Part shown: positions 21,890 through 29,326 of the stretch, piece by piece
How positions within the stretch are numbered: position 1 is the first letter of the stretch
Layout of the letters: each line of letters opens with the position of its first letter
Assembly (NCBI GenBank): GCA_947177495.1
Contig: CAMWUS010000001.1
Span: 1 to 29,326, forward strand
DNA: 29,326 bases
From: an uncultured Clostridia bacterium
GTDB taxonomy: Bacteria > Bacillota > Clostridia > Christensenellales > Borkfalkiaceae
Reading direction: 5' to 3'
Translations under genes and position numbers: made by a program
Notes under the pieces: model-generated
Told to the model about the DNA's origin: nothing
Databases searched by the model: none
The model's input: only the letters and a program-made list of their open reading frames with translations

Positions 21890-23734
21890 ATGAAGAAAAA
21901 GACTAACAGAACCTATATCGGCGGGCAAGCCGTCATTCAGGGCGTCATGATGCGCGGCAAGCGCGGCATGGCGACTGTTGTGCGCGACGATAACGGGGAA
22001 TTGCAGACGGAAGCGAAGCGGATTACGCCGCCCGAACAGCGTTCGGTGGCAACCCGCATTCCTTTCGTGCGCGGCGCAATCAATTTCTTTTCTTCGCTCG
22101 TGGACGGAATGCGCGCGCTTTTACGCAGTTCCGAAGCGGTGATCGTGGAGGAGGAAACGCCTTCCAAGCTCTCCAAATGGATGGAGGAGAAGTGGAAGGT
22201 CAGCGTGAGCGATATCCTTACCTGGTTCGCGCTCGCCATCGGCATTGCGCTTGCGCTCGTGCTCTTTATTTGGCTTCCCGGCTATTTGACCGACCTCATT
22301 GCAAGCATCAAAGTCGTCGGGGAAGCAATCGGCGGCAAAGGGGATATTTGGTATTCTCTCATAGAGGGCGGCTTCCGTCTAATCATATTTATTGGCTATA
22401 TACTGCTAACTCTGCTGTTGCCGTCTATGCGCGTGACCTATCAGTATCACGGCGCAGAACACAAGACCATCAACTGCTACGAGTACGGTATGCCGCTCAC
22501 CGTGGAAAACGTGAAGAAATGCTCCCGCCTGCACGACCGTTGCGGCACGACTTTCCTCTTCATTGTTATGATCATCTCCATACTGCTGTTCGCGCTCGCC
22601 AATTGGGTGCTCTTCGGCGTGTTGGGATTTTCTACGGGTGTCGGCGTGCTCGACAGGCTCGTTTCCATGGCAATCAAGCTCGTACTCATTCCCGTCGTTG
22701 CGGGGATTTCCTACGAGATTCTCAAATTCTTCGCGCTCTTCCAATCGCCGTTGGTGCTTCCCTTTAAAGCGCCCGGCTATCTGCTGCAAAAGCTCACCAC
22801 CAAGGAGCCGACCGACGAAATGATCGAATGCGCGATCGGCGCGTTTGAAAAGACGCTCGAAATGGACGCGGATCCCGAATCTCCCGAAAAGACCTTCGCA
22901 ACCACTACCAAGCTTACGAAGATGTCGGCGATGATGAAGAAGCATTTTGCGGAACGCGACATCGACGAGTCCGACGCGGAGTGGATTTTAAGCTTAACGC
23001 TGAAAATTCCCCGCAGCGCGTTGAAGACGGAGCGCATTATTTCGCGCGCGGAATGCAAGAAGATTTTGGAGATTTACGAACAGCGTTTAACGGGCAGACC
23101 GCTTTGGTATATTTACGGCAACACCGAGTTCTACGGGTACACCTTTAAGGTGGATGAGCGCGTGCTCATTCCCCGTCCCGAAACGGAAATTCTCGTTCGT
23201 CAGGCGGTATCCGCACTCAAAGACGGAGAGAGCATGCTCGACTTGTGCACGGGAAGCGGCGCGATTGCCGTAACCGTTGCCGCCGAGGTTGCCAAGGACA
23301 GATCGGTCACCGTAACGGGCACGGATATTTCCGCGGGCGCGCTTCAAGTTGCGCGCGAGAATGCCCGTATCAATAAAGCAAACGTTACCTTTATTAAATC
23401 CGATCTCTTCGAGAGCGTGCGGGGCAGGTTCAACCTTATTACCGCAAATCCTCCTTACGTGAGAAGCGGGGAGATCGCTCAGCTTTCCAAGGACGTGAGA
23501 GATTTCGAGCCCAAGCTCGCGCTCGACGGCGGGGTGGACGGTTTGGATTTCTACCGCCGTATCGCCGAAAAAATCAACCGCTACGTAGCGCGCGGCGGTA
23601 TGTGTATTCTCGAAGTGGGCGAAGGTCAGGCGCAGGATGTTATCCGCATATTCCGCGAAAAGTCGCGCTGTGATTTCGCCATGGTCGTAAAAGACCTTGC
23701 GGGCGTGGAACGCGTCGTAAAAATCGGGTTCTGA
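21890..23734 (+). CDS. prmC: DUF1385 (YqhQ-like membrane domain) fused to release factor glutamine methyltransferase PrmC
   Basis: N-part: IGGQAVIQGVMMRG, several TMs, HGAEHK, HDRCGTTF, TTKEP (DUF1385). C-part: RLTGRPLWYI.G..EFYG, VLIPRPETE, LDLCTGSG, ANPPY, EP.LALDGG.DGLDFY (PrmC). One uninterrupted frame. Confidence 0.92.
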   Translation: MKKKTNRTYIGGQAVIQGVMMRGKRGMATVVRDDNGELQTEAKRITPPEQRSVATRIPFVRGAINFFSSLVDGMRALLRSSEAVIVEEETPSKLSKWMEEKWKVSVSDILTWFALAIGIALALVLFIWLPGYLTDLIASIKVVGEAIGGKGDIWYSLIEGGFRLIIFIGYILLTLLLPSMRVTYQYHGAEHKTINCYEYGMPLTVENVKKCSRLHDRCGTTFLFIVMIISILLFALANWVLFGVLGFSTGVGVLDRLVSMAIKLVLIPVVAGISYEILKFFALFQSPLVLPFKAPGYLLQKLTTKEPTDEMIECAIGAFEKTLEMDADPESPEKTFATTTKLTKMSAMMKKHFAERDIDESDAEWILSLTLKIPRSALKTERIISRAECKKILEIYEQRLTGRPLWYIYGNTEFYGYTFKVDERVLIPRPETEILVRQAVSALKDGESMLDLCTGSGAIAVTVAAEVAKDRSVTVTGTDISAGALQVARENARINKANVTFIKSDLFESVRGRFNLITANPPYVRSGEIAQLSKDVRDFEPKLALDGGVDGLDFYRRIAEKINRYVARGGMCILEVGEGQAQDVIRIFREKSRCDFAMVVKDLAGVERVVKIGF

Positions 23735-23737
23735 GTT

Positions 23738-24799
23738 ATGCTGGAAAAACTCGAAGAAATATCCGCGCGTTACGAAAGCATCGAGAAAGAGCTGCAAGAG
23801 CCGTCCGTTTTGGCGGACATGGAGCGGTGGAAGAAGCTCACCAAGGAGCGCGCCGAGCTGACCGAAATTGTGGAAGCGTACCGCGCTTATAAAAAGACGC
23901 GCGACGAAATGGACGCCGCTTTTCAAGAAGCGGAGCGGGAACAGGGCGAAATGCGCGATATGCTTTTGGAAGAGGGCTACGCGTTAAAAGAAAAACTCGC
24001 GGAGAGTGAAACCGAGCTGAAAATGCTGCTGCTTCCCAAAGATAAAAACGACGAGCGCAACTGCACTCTCGAAATCCGCGCAGGCGCGGGTGGCGAGGAA
24101 GCGGCGCTCTTTGCTTACGAGCTGTACCGTATGTACCAAGGCTATTGCGAACGCAAGCGCTTCCGTTGGGAAATCGTCGATTTGAACGAGACCGAGCTCG
24201 GCGGCATGAAAGAAGCAATTATAAACGTCGAAGGCAAGGGCGCGTACAAACGGCTGAAATACGAGAGCGGTGTACACCGCGTACAGCGCGTTCCCGAAAC
24301 GGAATCGCAGGGAAGAATTCATACTTCTACCGTCACCGTCGCCGTGCTTCCCGAAGCGGAAGACGTCGAAGTGGAACTGCGAGACGAGGACATTCGCGTC
24401 GATTTGTTCCGTTCGTCGGGCGCGGGCGGGCAAAAGGTAAACAAGACGGAAACGGCGATTCGCTTGACGCACTTCCCCACGGGCATCGTGGTTACCTGCC
24501 AAGACGAGCGCAGTCAACTTAAAAACAAAGAAAAAGCATACCGCGTACTCAAAACGCGGCTGTACGATTACTATAACGGCAAGGCGAGTTCCGCGGAAGC
24601 GCAAAACCGCAGGAGCTTGGTGGGAACGGGCGACAGAAGCGAACGCATCCGCACCTACAATTTCCCGCAGAGCCGTATCACCGATCACCGCATCGGGCTG
24701 AGCCTGCATTCCATGGAAGCGTTTTTGGCGGGCGAGCTCGACGAGATGATCGACGCGCTTGCAAGGTTCGATACGCAACAGAGATTGAGCGAAAAGTAA
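23738..24799 (+). CDS. prfA: Peptide chain release factor 1
   Basis: EIRAGAGGEEAALF, ESGVHRVQRVPETE (PxT motif), GAGGQ, GDRSERIRTYNFPQ; follows prmC. Confidence 0.98.
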   Translation: MLEKLEEISARYESIEKELQEPSVLADMERWKKLTKERAELTEIVEAYRAYKKTRDEMDAAFQEAEREQGEMRDMLLEEGYALKEKLAESETELKMLLLPKDKNDERNCTLEIRAGAGGEEAALFAYELYRMYQGYCERKRFRWEIVDLNETELGGMKEAIINVEGKGAYKRLKYESGVHRVQRVPETESQGRIHTSTVTVAVLPEAEDVEVELRDEDIRVDLFRSSGAGGQKVNKTETAIRLTHFPTGIVVTCQDERSQLKNKEKAYRVLKTRLYDYYNGKASSAEAQNRRSLVGTGDRSERIRTYNFPQSRITDHRIGLSLHSMEAFLAGELDEMIDALARFDTQQRLSEK

Positions 24800-24836
24800 G
24801 CGTTAAAGCGTAATTCATTTTTGGAGAATATATACT

Positions 24837-26036
24837 ATGTCGCAACGGCTTGCGAAAAGAATGGGCAGCATTTCTCCCTCGCTCACGCTTGCTATCAGCG
24901 CCAAGGCGAAAGCAATGAAAGCGGACGGCGAACACGTCGTCAACTTCGGCGTGGGGGAGCCCGATTTCAACACCCCCGAGCACATTGTGGAAGCGGCGGT
25001 CGAGGCGTTGGAACGGGGGCACACCAAATACACGCCCTCGTCGGGGCTTGCAGAGCTGCGCCGCGCGATTTGCGAAAAGCTTCAACGCGATAACGATTTG
25101 GAATATTCGCCCTCGCAAATCATTGTGTCCAACGGCGCAAAGCACTCTATTTTTAACGTCTGCTTTGCGGTTTTGAACGAAGGGGACGAAGTGATTATTC
25201 CCGCGCCGTATTGGCTCACCTATCCCGAGGTGGTAAAGGTGTGCGGCGGCGTGCCCGTCATCGTAAAGACGAGCAAGAAGACGGGTTTCAAAATCACGCC
25301 CGAGCGTTTGCGCGAGGCAATCACTCCCAAAACCAAACTGTTTATTTTCAATTCCCCCTGCAACCCTACGGGCGCGGTGTACTCGGAAAAAGAGGTGCGT
25401 GCCTTAGCGGCGGTTTGCGAGGAAGCGGGCATTTTGGTGCTCTCCGACGAAGTTTACGAAAAGCTCGTTTACGGCGAAGTCAAGCCCTTTTCCATGGCGG
25501 CTTGCTCTAAGAAGATGAAGGATTTGACGATTACCGTCAACGGCGTTTCCAAAACTTATGCCATGACGGGTTGGCGTATCGGCTATCTTGCCGCGCCCTT
25601 GGATATTGCCAAGGCAATCGACTCGCTTCAAAGCCACGCCACGAGCAACCCCAACTCCATTGCGCAGTACGCAACCGTCAAGGCGCTCAATTCTTCGGAA
25701 GCGGCGGTGGAGGAAATGGTGGCGCGGTTTGCCCGCCGCAGACTTGCAATGATAGAGCGGGTTTCCGAAATGCAGGGCGCGTACCTGATTATTCCCGACG
25801 GCGCGTTTTACGCCATGCTCGTTGTGAGCGGCGCGTACGGGAAGAGCTTCGGCAAAACGAAAATTACCGACTCGGTAAGCTTTGCAAGCTGTTTGCTCGA
25901 TGCCGCGAAAGTGGCGGTCGTTCCCGGGGCGGCGTTCGGGCAGGACGATTGCGTGCGCCTTTCCTATTCGCTGTCCATGCAGGATATGCTCGAAGGGCTT
26001 GACCGCATCGACGCATTCATTCAAAGTCTGCGTTGA
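24837..26036 (+). CDS. PLP-dependent class I/II aminotransferase (aspartate aminotransferase-like)
   Basis: GVGEPDF, NGAKH, NSPCNPTG, SDEVY, NGVSKTYAMTGWRIG (PLP lysine), GAFY, VRLSY. Confidence 0.95.
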   Translation: MSQRLAKRMGSISPSLTLAISAKAKAMKADGEHVVNFGVGEPDFNTPEHIVEAAVEALERGHTKYTPSSGLAELRRAICEKLQRDNDLEYSPSQIIVSNGAKHSIFNVCFAVLNEGDEVIIPAPYWLTYPEVVKVCGGVPVIVKTSKKTGFKITPERLREAITPKTKLFIFNSPCNPTGAVYSEKEVRALAAVCEEAGILVLSDEVYEKLVYGEVKPFSMAACSKKMKDLTITVNGVSKTYAMTGWRIGYLAAPLDIAKAIDSLQSHATSNPNSIAQYATVKALNSSEAAVEEMVARFARRRLAMIERVSEMQGAYLIIPDGAFYAMLVVSGAYGKSFGKTKITDSVSFASCLLDAAKVAVVPGAAFGQDDCVRLSYSLSMQDMLEGLDRIDAFIQSLR

Positions 26037-26091
26037 GGGAAGAAAAAAACGCGTTTACAAAAAATTTTTTTCGGGTTTTTTATAAAAGTAC

Positions 26092-26120
26092 TTGAAAAGT
26101 ACGCAAAAACTTGATAGAAT
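26092..26120 (+). promoter_or_regulatory. sigmaA promoter upstream of the small P-loop gene
   Basis: TTGAAA-N17-TAGAAT with an extended -10 TG. Confidence 0.65.
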
Positions 26121-26157
26121 AGTATTACAAATATTGCCGAATGGCTTGGAGGACGAT

Positions 26158-26565
26158 ATGATCAAAATTATCAGCGGTGCGAAGGGAAGCGGAAAAACGA
26201 AAAAAATCATCGATGCGGCAAACGAGGCAGTCGGCACCGCAAAGGGACACTTGATCTTCATTACCGATACCAAAAGATATATGTACGACTTGAAGCGCGA
26301 GATCCGCTTCATCGACGCGAGCGATTATGCGATTGCGGGTGAGGACGCACTTTGCGGATTCGTAAAGGGCGCCGTTGCCGGCGGGTACGACAACGAGTAC
26401 CTCTTCGTAGACGGAATCGCGCGTATCGCGGGAAAGAAAATTCAGGATATGGCGCAGTTCTTTTACATGATCGAAAAGGTCGCGCTTCTGCGTAACTTGC
26501 ATGTTTACATCACTTGCAGCTGCGCCGAAGAAGACCTTCCCGACTTCGCAAAAAAGTATCTGTAA
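26158..26565 (+). CDS. Small P-loop NTP-binding protein of unknown function
   Basis: SD GGAGG; Walker A SGAKGSGKT at the N-terminus; Walker B-like YLFVDG; 135 aa. Confidence 0.8.
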   Translation: MIKIISGAKGSGKTKKIIDAANEAVGTAKGHLIFITDTKRYMYDLKREIRFIDASDYAIAGEDALCGFVKGAVAGGYDNEYLFVDGIARIAGKKIQDMAQFFYMIEKVALLRNLHVYITCSCAEEDLPDFAKKYL

Positions 26566-26605
26566 TTTTGCGCGACGCTGTTCGTCGGGACAAATAAACA
26601 TACCG

Positions 26606-26640
26606 TAAAAACCGCCTTCCCCCCACGGGGGAAGGCTTGC
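26606..26640. terminator. GC-rich hairpin between the P-loop gene and thrC
   Basis: GCCTTCCCCC-cac-GGGGGAAGGC; the A-run is on the 5' side, so the U-tail fits the minus strand better. Confidence 0.5.
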
Positions 26641-26678
26641 GCGTATTTTAAGTGCGTGCAATTCTAAGGAGAAAAAAT

Positions 26679-28169
26679 ATGCAATTTTTGAGTACGAGAG
26701 GAGAAGAACGCGTTACGGGCGCGCGCGCAATCGTACAGGGGATCGCACAGGATGGCGGGCTGTTCGTGCCCGAACGCTTTCCCCAAGTGAGCGAAGAGGA
26801 AATTTCGCAAATGCTCGAAATGGACTATCCCGAGCGGGCGGCGCTTATTCTCGGGAAATATTTCGACGAGTACGACGGGGGCAAGCTTTTGGAAGCCGTC
26901 CGCGCCGCATACTCCCGTTTCGAGACCGACGACGCCGCACCCCTCGTCCGTATCGAGGACGGCACTTATATTTTGGAACTCTTCCACGGTCCTACCTGCG
27001 CCTTTAAGGATATGGCGCTTACCGTGTTGCCCTATTTGCTTGCCGAGGGCTGCCGCCTGACGGGAGTGAAAGAAAAAATTCTCATTCTCGCCGCGACGAG
27101 CGGGGATACCGGCAAAGCAGCGTTAGAGGGATTTAAGGACGCCGAGGGAGTAAAGGTGATGACCTTTTATCCCGAAGAGGGCGTTTCCAAAATGCAAAAA
27201 TTGCAGATGTGCACCACGGAAGGAAACAACGTCAACGTCGTTGCGGTCAAGGGAAATTTCGACGACTGCCAAGCGGGTGTGAAACGCATTTTCGCTTCCG
27301 AGGAATGTAATAAACAACTTGCCGAAAAGGGCTATAAGCTCTCTTCCGCAAACTCCATCAATATCGGGCGGCTCATTCCGCAGGTGGCGTATTACTTCTC
27401 CGCGTATTGCGACTTGCTCTCTTCGGGGCAAATTTCTTACGGCGACAAGGTGGATTTCGCCGTTCCCACGGGCAACTTCGGCAACATTTTGGCGGCGTAC
27501 TATGCAAAACAAATGGGCTTGCCTGTCGGCAAACTCGTCTGCGCGTCCAACCGCAATAACGTGCTTACAGACTTTTTCCGTTGCGGCACGTACGACAGCA
27601 AACGCCCTTTCTTTAAAACCATGTCGCCCTCTATGGACATTCTTGTCTCTTCCAATTTGGAACGGCTCATTTTCGAGCTGTCGGGCAGAAACGCGCAAGT
27701 CACGGCGGAGCGCATGCAGGCGCTTTCCGAAAAGGGAAAGTATTCCGTTACGCGCGAAGAAGTGAAAGAAATGCAGGAAGTGTTCTTTGCGGGTTGCGCG
27801 AGCGAGGACGACACCGTGGAGAGCATTTACGAATTCTTCATCGAATACGGCTATCCTATGGACACTCACACGGGCGTTGCCATGAGCGTTGTGGGCGCGT
27901 ATAAAAAATCGCTCGAAGACGAGAACGCCGAGGAACACCCCATTGTCGTCGTGTCTACGGCAAGCCCCTACAAGTTCCCGCAGGACGTACTTTACGCGCT
28001 TACGGGTAACGACGTAAAGGACAGCTATAAGGGCGTAAAGCGCATCAACCTGCTTACGGCAATGAAGGTGCCCGAGTGCTTGAAAGCAATTCGCTATAAA
28101 GAAATTTTGTTCAAAAAGGTCGTCACGCCTCAGAAAATGTTCGACGAAGTGTTGGCGTTTGCCGATTAA
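26679..28169 (+). CDS. thrC: Threonine synthase
   Basis: FLSTRG, DGGLFVP, ELFHGPTCAFKD (PLP lysine), ATSGDTG, SANSINIGRL, VPTGNFGN, SPSMDILVSSNLER, STASPYKF; SD AAGGAG before ATG 26679. Confidence 0.97.
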   Translation: MQFLSTRGEERVTGARAIVQGIAQDGGLFVPERFPQVSEEEISQMLEMDYPERAALILGKYFDEYDGGKLLEAVRAAYSRFETDDAAPLVRIEDGTYILELFHGPTCAFKDMALTVLPYLLAEGCRLTGVKEKILILAATSGDTGKAALEGFKDAEGVKVMTFYPEEGVSKMQKLQMCTTEGNNVNVVAVKGNFDDCQAGVKRIFASEECNKQLAEKGYKLSSANSINIGRLIPQVAYYFSAYCDLLSSGQISYGDKVDFAVPTGNFGNILAAYYAKQMGLPVGKLVCASNRNNVLTDFFRCGTYDSKRPFFKTMSPSMDILVSSNLERLIFELSGRNAQVTAERMQALSEKGKYSVTREEVKEMQEVFFAGCASEDDTVESIYEFFIEYGYPMDTHTGVAMSVVGAYKKSLEDENAEEHPIVVVSTASPYKFPQDVLYALTGNDVKDSYKGVKRINLLTAMKVPECLKAIRYKEILFKKVVTPQKMFDEVLAFAD

Positions 28170-28175
28170 AAAACG

Positions 28176-28670
28176 ATGCAAGAATTTAGTTATCAAATTA
28201 TAGAGAACGGCACTTATTGTGTCGTAGGCTATCAGGGGGACGAAGCGCACGTCGTCATTCCCGACCGCGTGAACGGCGCACCCGTCACCGTGCTATTCGA
28301 TAAGCTGTTCCGCGGACACTCCGAAATAGAGAGCGTTACAATTCCCGATACGGTCACAGATCTCGGCGAGTTCGTATTCGACGGTTGCGAGAAACTGCGG
28401 CATATCGATCTGCCTCCGCGGCTCGTTTGCCTTTGGGGGCATACCTTTGCACGGTGCGGGATCGAGGAAATTATATTGCCCGATACGCTTGCGGCTTTGC
28501 CGCCGTTCGCGTTCAAGGAATGTAAAAACTTGAAGAAAGTCGTCTGCGGCGCGGGCATGAAAAAAATCCACGCATGGGCGTTCGGCGGTTGCGAGAAACT
28601 TACCGAAGTGGTGCACGACGAAAGCGTCGAAGTCAGCCCCGAAGCATTTCATTCAAAATCTAAAAAGTAA
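28176..28670 (+). CDS. Small BspA-type leucine-rich repeat (LRR_5) protein without a signal peptide
   Basis: Repeats of about 22-23 aa: IPDTVTDLGEFVFDGCEKL, LPPRLVCLWGHTFARC, LPDTLAALPPFAFKECKNL, IHAWAFGGCEKL. Confidence 0.85.
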   Translation: MQEFSYQIIENGTYCVVGYQGDEAHVVIPDRVNGAPVTVLFDKLFRGHSEIESVTIPDTVTDLGEFVFDGCEKLRHIDLPPRLVCLWGHTFARCGIEEIILPDTLAALPPFAFKECKNLKKVVCGAGMKKIHAWAFGGCEKLTEVVHDESVEVSPEAFHSKSKK

Positions 28671-28674
28671 AAAT

Positions 28675-28716
28675 AAAACCCGCTGTCTTGATTACAAAGA
28701 CAGCGGGTTTTTTATT
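28675..28716. terminator. Bidirectional terminator between the LRR gene and the HTH pair
   Basis: AAAACCCGCTGTCTT-gattaca-AAGACAGCGGGTTTT. Confidence 0.9.
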
Positions 28717-28731
28717 ATGGTTGATTTATAT

Positions 28732-28974
28732 TTAATCTATTTCTAAATCGGGATTTTCAAATATAGGGTCATCGAAGAATTGCGCCGTAGTCATTTCAAG
28801 ACCGCGAATTATTTGCATTACAGTTTTAAGATTTACGCTGTTGTTCCGTTCGCCCATAAGAGTTTTCATCGTGTTGTGCGGCATCGCAATATTCTTTTCT
28901 AGCCGATATTGCGACATATTCCTTTCTCGTAGAATATTGCTTATTCGTAATGCGACTGCCGTGCTTAACTTCAT
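28732..28974 (-). CDS. XRE-family helix-turn-helix regulator (80 aa)
   Basis: RISNILRERNMSQYRL...NSVNLKTVMQIIRGLEMT..QFFD pattern; SD-like AGGGG. Confidence 0.88.
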   Translation of the reverse strand: MKLSTAVALRISNILRERNMSQYRLEKNIAMPHNTMKTLMGERNNSVNLKTVMQIIRGLEMTTAQFFDDPIFENPDLEID

Positions 28975-29042
28975 AATTGCCCCTATGATTGTTTTTGCAA
29001 CTCTAATTTGTTGATTTATTATATATTGTGTTTGGGCGTATT

Positions 29043-29285
29043 TTAATCTATATCAAGATTGTCGAAATCAAAAACAGGACTGTCAAAGAAATCCGTTATG
29101 GTAATCCCGAGTTCTCTTATAATCAAAGCAATACTTTTGAAATTTGATGCTTTTGTTCTATTATTCAAAATAGCATTCATAGTGCTGTGGTAAATTCCTG
29201 TCTTTTGCGTTAACCTATATTGCGTCATATTCTTTTCTTTAAGCAATTCTCTAACGCGAATAGCAAATGCTTGATTTAAAGTCAT
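29043..29285 (-). CDS. XRE-family helix-turn-helix regulator (80 aa), paralogue of the adjacent gene
   Basis: RVRELLKEKNMTQYRL..KTGI.HST....SNFKSI..IIRELGIT..DFFD; SD GGAG before ATG 29285. Confidence 0.88.
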   Translation of the reverse strand: MTLNQAFAIRVRELLKEKNMTQYRLTQKTGIYHSTMNAILNNRTKASNFKSIALIIRELGITITDFFDSPVFDFDNLDID

Positions 29286-29326
29286 AACAATAATATCTCC
29301 ATTATGGTGCAAACTATACTATATAC

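Noticed and set aside
23738-24799. Programmed frameshift in the release factor gene
   Set aside because: This is RF1 (PxT motif) in one continuous frame; the +1 frameshift applies to prfB.

Overview
A 29.3-kb mostly housekeeping chromosomal window from a spore-forming, moderately GC-rich Clostridia-type bacterium; the lineage is inferred from sleB-ypeB, the rpsF-ssb-rpsR leader and sigmaA-type promoters. Core genes are tilS-hpt, sleB-ypeB, rpsF-ssb-rpsR, cca-rmuC, a DAGK-family kinase with a PAS-PP2C phosphatase, a YfcE-type phosphoesterase, an MDR-cls-HAD operon, rpmE, DUF1385-prmC, prfA, an aminotransferase, a small P-loop protein, thrC and an LRR protein. There are three small AT-rich inserts: about 6.6-7.5 kb, 17.3-17.9 kb and 28.7 kb to the end. 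No CRISPR array, rRNA, tRNA, transposase or integrase was seen. The most notable observations are: (1) DUF1385 fused in one frame to PrmC; (2) a 981-aa single-pass protein with a G/Y/N/Q-rich and His/Asp-rich cytoplasmic tail and an unrecognised ~36-aa repeat; (3) YpeB carrying a ~217-aa highly basic N-terminal extension; (4) a tandem pair of small Cys4 paralogues beside a CGTC-type palindromic element; (5) a highly structured, unassigned 220-nt intergenic region; (6) a Gly-Cys/TM/poly-Lys C-terminal anchor; (7) a Cys4-PAS PP2C coupled to a lipid kinase; (8) an MDR protein with altered zinc ligands. All family assignments come from motif recognition by eye; no searches were run.
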